Shown piece by piece: positions 60,341 to 64,000 of a DNA stretch of 64,000 nt; position 1 is the first letter of the stretch; each line of letters opens with the position of its first letter. The notes beneath the pieces were generated by a model that had not been told where the DNA came from, made no database searches, and saw only the letters and a program-made list of their open reading frames with translations. The position numbers and the translations under genes are program-made. Source of the stretch: an uncultured bacterium (GTDB taxonomy: Bacteria; Verrucomicrobiota; Verrucomicrobiia; Limisphaerales; UBA8199); NCBI GenBank assembly GCA_963749495.1, contig CAVVMW010000021.1, positions 288,001 to 352,000 of the forward strand, given 5' to 3'.

Positions 60341-62143
60341 ATGAGTAGAACTATGATTGCGCTCCGAAAAACACTCTTGCTCTGCGGGTTGGCGTTGCCA
60401 GTGTTGGTCCTTCAAAGGGCTGTGGCGGCCGAAGGATTGCCCCCGGCCAGCCTGTGGATTGGGGGCGATGCCGCCCTGGTGATCGAGGTGTCCGAGCCAG
60501 GCGCGTTGCTGGAGCCGCTGCTCAGTCCGGAGGCGGGCAGGGCATGGGCGGCACTGACCGAGAACCAGAAGGGCAATCTGAAGTTCCAGCAACTGGAGGG
60601 TATGGTGGCGTACCTGGAATTGCAGCTCGGCACCAACTGGCGGGCCGGGCTGAGGCAGCTTCTGGGCGGGGGTCTGGCGTTTGCCATCGAGCCTGGTGGC
60701 GGGGTGTTGCTCGCTGTGGACGCCAAAGACGGGAAGGTGCTGGGCCAGTTGGAGGAGGTTGTGCGGCACTTTGCGGCCAGCGAAGCAGCCAAGCAAGGCC
60801 GCACCGAGCAAGTCGCCTCCCGCGAATACCGCGGCGTCACGACCTGGTCGCTCTCGACCAACGAGTCGCACGCCATCCTGGGCAGCCGCCTGCTCCTGGC
60901 CAATCGCCCGGCGGCCCTGGACCGGGCGTTGGACCTGCGCGCCCAAGCCGCGGGCAAAGACATCACCTCCGTGCCGCTTTACCAGGCGGCCCTGCAGGCG
61001 GTGGGCAAAGACGCCCTGGGCAGGGTCTTTGTGAACATGCAACTGTTGCGCCAGGCGCCCAACGTCAAAGAGGCCCTGGCCAAAGAAATCAATCCGATGG
61101 GGGCGCTGCTGCTGGGCGACACCAAAGAGGCGCTGGGCCAGGCCAATTGGCTGGCGTTGGGCGCCTATATCCGGGATGGCAAACTGGTGCTCAAGGCCTT
61201 CACCGACGGCCAGGCGCCCGCCACCTCCAAGGCCGCAGCCTTCGCGACGCCACACCAGCCCGGTGAAGGGATCATGCCCGCGCTGGACGTGCCCGGGGGC
61301 ATCGCCTGCCTGAGCCTGTACCGGGACTTGCGCGCCTTCTACTCCGCCAAGGACGACCTCTTCCCGGAACGAACCTCGGGCCTGGTCTTCTTCGAGAACA
61401 TGATGGGGATCTTTTTCAGCGGCATCGAATTGACCGAGGGCGTGCTGGGCCAGACCCGCCCGGACCTTCGAGTGGTGGTCGCCGTCCAGCGCTATGATCC
61501 GTCCATCGGCACGCCGGCCTCTCAAGTGCCCGCCTTCGCCGCCGTCCTGCGCCTGCGCAATCCCCAGGCCTTCGGCGAGACCGTCGAGGAGGCCTGGCAG
61601 AAGGCCATCGGCCTGGCCAATTTCACGCGCGGACAGGACGCCAAGCCCGGCCTGATTCTGGACCGCGCAACGCACAACGGCGTGAAATACTCGCTCTCCT
61701 ATTTCCGTCCGCCGGACGGCCAGGACAAGTCTGCCATCGACACCCGCTACAACTTCCGCCCAACCCTGGCCCGGCCCGGCGATTACCTCATTCTCAGCTC
61801 GACCGACGGGCTGGCCCGGGACCTGATCGATGCCGTCCAGAAAGAGTCAGCCGCCGCGCCTAAGCCCTCCCAGGCCACCCATGCCGCATTGGAACTGGAC
61901 GGCGCCCAACTGCACGCCATCCTCGTTGCCAACCGCGAGCAGTTCATTCGCAAGAACATGGTCGAGAAGGGCAACAGCCGCGCCCAGGCCGAGGCCGAGA
62001 TTGGCATCCTGTTGGCGGCGGCAGGCTACCTGGACCGGGCCGCCCTCACGCTTGGACGCGTCCATGCCTGCCCCCAGGCAACACTCGAACTCAAGTTCAA
62101 GGCGCCAGGCGGCCCCACCGAAAAGACCGAAGCCATGAAGTGA
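60341..62143 (+). CDS. Hypothetical secreted protein (DUF3352-like)
   Basis: Signal peptide; 600 aa with typical codon usage; co-oriented with DUF1800/DUF1501. Confidence 0.7.
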   Translation: MSRTMIALRKTLLLCGLALPVLVLQRAVAAEGLPPASLWIGGDAALVIEVSEPGALLEPLLSPEAGRAWAALTENQKGNLKFQQLEGMVAYLELQLGTNWRAGLRQLLGGGLAFAIEPGGGVLLAVDAKDGKVLGQLEEVVRHFAASEAAKQGRTEQVASREYRGVTTWSLSTNESHAILGSRLLLANRPAALDRALDLRAQAAGKDITSVPLYQAALQAVGKDALGRVFVNMQLLRQAPNVKEALAKEINPMGALLLGDTKEALGQANWLALGAYIRDGKLVLKAFTDGQAPATSKAAAFATPHQPGEGIMPALDVPGGIACLSLYRDLRAFYSAKDDLFPERTSGLVFFENMMGIFFSGIELTEGVLGQTRPDLRVVVAVQRYDPSIGTPASQVPAFAAVLRLRNPQAFGETVEEAWQKAIGLANFTRGQDAKPGLILDRATHNGVKYSLSYFRPPDGQDKSAIDTRYNFRPTLARPGDYLILSSTDGLARDLIDAVQKESAAAPKPSQATHAALELDGAQLHAILVANREQFIRKNMVEKGNSRAQAEAEIGILLAAAGYLDRAALTLGRVHACPQATLELKFKAPGGPTEKTEAMK

Positions 62144-62150
62144 CTCTGAA

Positions 62151-63572
62151 TTGGCCCTGACAACCTCTGAGCCTTCCGTGCAAGCACCGACACCAAATGC
62201 TCTTCCGCCCGGGGCCCTCCACGCCCCCTCCTGGTTGTGGGCTCCTTTTCAGCCGGATGGCGCCCTGCCTTGGGGCCTTGGGTTGGCCGGGCATCTCTAT
62301 GGCCGCGCCGGCTTCGGGGCCAATTGGGGGGAACTCCAGCAGGCGGTGGCGGGCGGCCCGGAAGCGGCTGTCGAGAAACTCCTGCACCCCGAGGCCGACG
62401 TGGCGGCGTTCAACGAGAGTTACAGCGCTTACGAGAAGGCGGCCGCCGGCTCGGAAAGCGATTTGGCGGCGTGGTGGCTGAGGCGCCTCTTGGAGACGCC
62501 GCACCCGCTGCTGGAGCAGATGACCCTGTTCTGGCACAACCACTTCGCGATAACCAATGGGCGCGTGGCCAATCCCGCTTTGATGTGCCGCTATGTCGCT
62601 GTGCTGCGGCGGCACGCGCTCGGGCGCTTCGATGCCCTTCTGGAGGCCGTCTTGGACGAACCGGCGGTGCTGCTCTCGCTGGGCGGCCAGGCCAACCGCA
62701 AGGCGCGCCCGAACCTGGACTTTTCGCGCGCCGTGCTCGAACGGTTCACCCTGGGGCCGGGCGTGTGCGCTGATGGTGATGTCCGGGCCGCAGCCGGGGC
62801 CTTGACGGGCTGGTTCGTCTCGCACAACGAAGCCCAGTACATCCCCCGCGAACACGACTCAGGCCCCAAGAAACTGCTGGGCCGCGAGGGTGACTTCGGG
62901 CGCAAAGACCTCGTGCGCGTCCTGCTCGAGCACCCGGCGACGGCCCAGTTCATCGTCCGCAGACTTTGTCGTTGGTTCATCTCGGATGTCTCCGCCTTGC
63001 CGGAGAGCGTGATTGCGCCCCTGGCAGCCGATTTGCGCAAAGACTACGATTTGGCCAGGCTCGCCCGGACCATCCTGCTGTCGAACCTGTTCTTTTCCTC
63101 GCGCGGGCAGAAGGTCAAGAGCCCGGTCCAGTTCGCCGTGGGCTTGGTCAGGCCGCTCGAAGGCAAAATCGGGACCGTGCGCCTGGCCTCGGACCTCACC
63201 GCGCTGGGGCAGGACCTGCTCCAGCCCCCGACTGCCGAGGGGTGGGCGGGGGGCCAAAGCTGGATCAACCGGTTTACGCTCCTGGGCCGCGCCAGGCTCG
63301 CCCAGGACCTGCTGGCCGCTTCGGGTCCCTACGAGGGCAAGACGGACCCGGCGGCTGCCGCATCAAAACACGGCCAGTCGGGTCTCCAGGCCGCAAGCCG
63401 GTTCCTTTGCGACCTATTGTTCCAGGGCAACCTGCCCGAAGAAACCAGCCAGGCCGTGCTCAAAAGGGCAGGGGAGGCCCCGGCCCCGCCTCCAGGCGAG
63501 GGCGCCCTCTCCGCTCCCCTCCGCCGCCTTGCCCTCCTGCTGGCAACGATGCCCGAGTACCAAATGGCGTGA
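62151..63572 (+). CDS. DUF1800 domain protein
   Basis: HL..RAGFG, MTLFWHNHFA, LE.FTLG, KSP and PEYQ motifs. Confidence 0.9.
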   Translation: MALTTSEPSVQAPTPNALPPGALHAPSWLWAPFQPDGALPWGLGLAGHLYGRAGFGANWGELQQAVAGGPEAAVEKLLHPEADVAAFNESYSAYEKAAAGSESDLAAWWLRRLLETPHPLLEQMTLFWHNHFAITNGRVANPALMCRYVAVLRRHALGRFDALLEAVLDEPAVLLSLGGQANRKARPNLDFSRAVLERFTLGPGVCADGDVRAAAGALTGWFVSHNEAQYIPREHDSGPKKLLGREGDFGRKDLVRVLLEHPATAQFIVRRLCRWFISDVSALPESVIAPLAADLRKDYDLARLARTILLSNLFFSSRGQKVKSPVQFAVGLVRPLEGKIGTVRLASDLTALGQDLLQPPTAEGWAGGQSWINRFTLLGRARLAQDLLAASGPYEGKTDPAAAASKHGQSGLQAASRFLCDLLFQGNLPEETSQAVLKRAGEAPAPPPGEGALSAPLRRLALLLATMPEYQMA

Positions 63573-63589
63573 GCAGCGTGGAGCGAATT

Positions 63590-64000
63590 ATGGACACCTC
63601 AGTGATGGGCCAGTTGAGGCGGAGACGGAGTGCGGGGCAGACCCCTCACCCCAACCCTCTCCCCTTCCGAAGGGGAGAGGGGGAAGTGTCGGCAGTCTCT
63701 GGATCTCCCAGGCGTCTGCCCTTCCTCAAAGCGCCACCGAGAACGCTCCCTCTCCCCATCCGATGGGGAGAGGGCCGGGGTGAGGGGTCTGCCCGCGATA
63801 GCGATGCAGCCTTCACTGAGACCTTGCGCACCACACGTCGCGATTTCATCAGGACGCTATTCGGGGCTTCGGCGGTGGCGGCGTTCAGTCCGGCGGTGCC
63901 GGCGTTCCTGGCCCGGACGGCGCTGGCCGCCGGCGCGCAAGGCGCGGCTCGTGATTCGGTCCTGGTCGTCGTTCAATTGTCCGGCGGCAATGATGGCCTC
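63590..64000 (+). CDS. DUF1501 domain Tat protein (3'-truncated by the window) with an in-frame family A insertion
   Basis: GGAG RBS and ATG 63590, open through to TRRDF and LVVVQLSGGNDGL. Confidence 0.85.
   Translation, partial: MDTSVMGQLRRRRSAGQTPHPNPLPFRRGEGEVSAVSGSPRRLPFLKAPPRTLPLPIRWGEGRGEGSARDSDAAFTETLRTTRRDFIRTLFGASAVAAFSPAVPAFLARTALAAGAQGAARDSVLVVVQLSGGNDGL
63598..63820. mobile_element. Full-length family A element with CTCAGTGA/TCACTGAG ends and a possible AC duplication
   Basis: Removing 223 bp plus AC gives MDTLRTTRRDF. Confidence 0.8.

Noticed and set aside
1..64000. tRNA, rRNA, integrase or full-length transposase genes
   Set aside because: None was recognised by eye or in the ORF track.

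Overview
A GC-rich bacterial chromosomal window. The gene families (DUF1800/DUF1501, prepilin-type '[20 protein letters not shown]' protein, ThuA-like and Tat-exported Gfo/Idh/MocA enzymes) suggest Verrucomicrobiota or another PVC lineage; this is an inference. Most genes serve sugar catabolism (MFS porter, GH88-like, SDR, galM/galK, DUF4038, GH172/DUF2961, a DeoR-E1-E2-MtlD-like-E3 operon), stress response (DegP, HPF, DnaJ/CbpA, Deg2-like pair) or amino-acid synthesis (lysC, hom). An accessory/defence segment at about 42.1-50.0 kb holds VapBC, a duplicated partner-nucleotidyltransferase module, a TIR remnant, a nuclease-STAND pseudogene, DUF4365 and GxxExxY. The most striking feature is a dense set of short palindromic and tandem elements, several inserted in frame inside genes. 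A TIR gene carries six related insertions of exactly 33 bp, whose removal restores a canonical-looking TIR. hom carries 25 heptamers. The E2, DUF1501 and prepilin genes carry palindromic elements. Two GxxExxY nuclease genes are each bracketed by their own inverted short-repeat family, resembling the RAYT/REPIN architecture. About ten single-base frameshifts, mostly in homopolymers, and several D>N changes at CG sites suggest long-read consensus errors. No rRNA, tRNA or CRISPR array was recognised. Family assignments come from motif recognition only; no database search was run.
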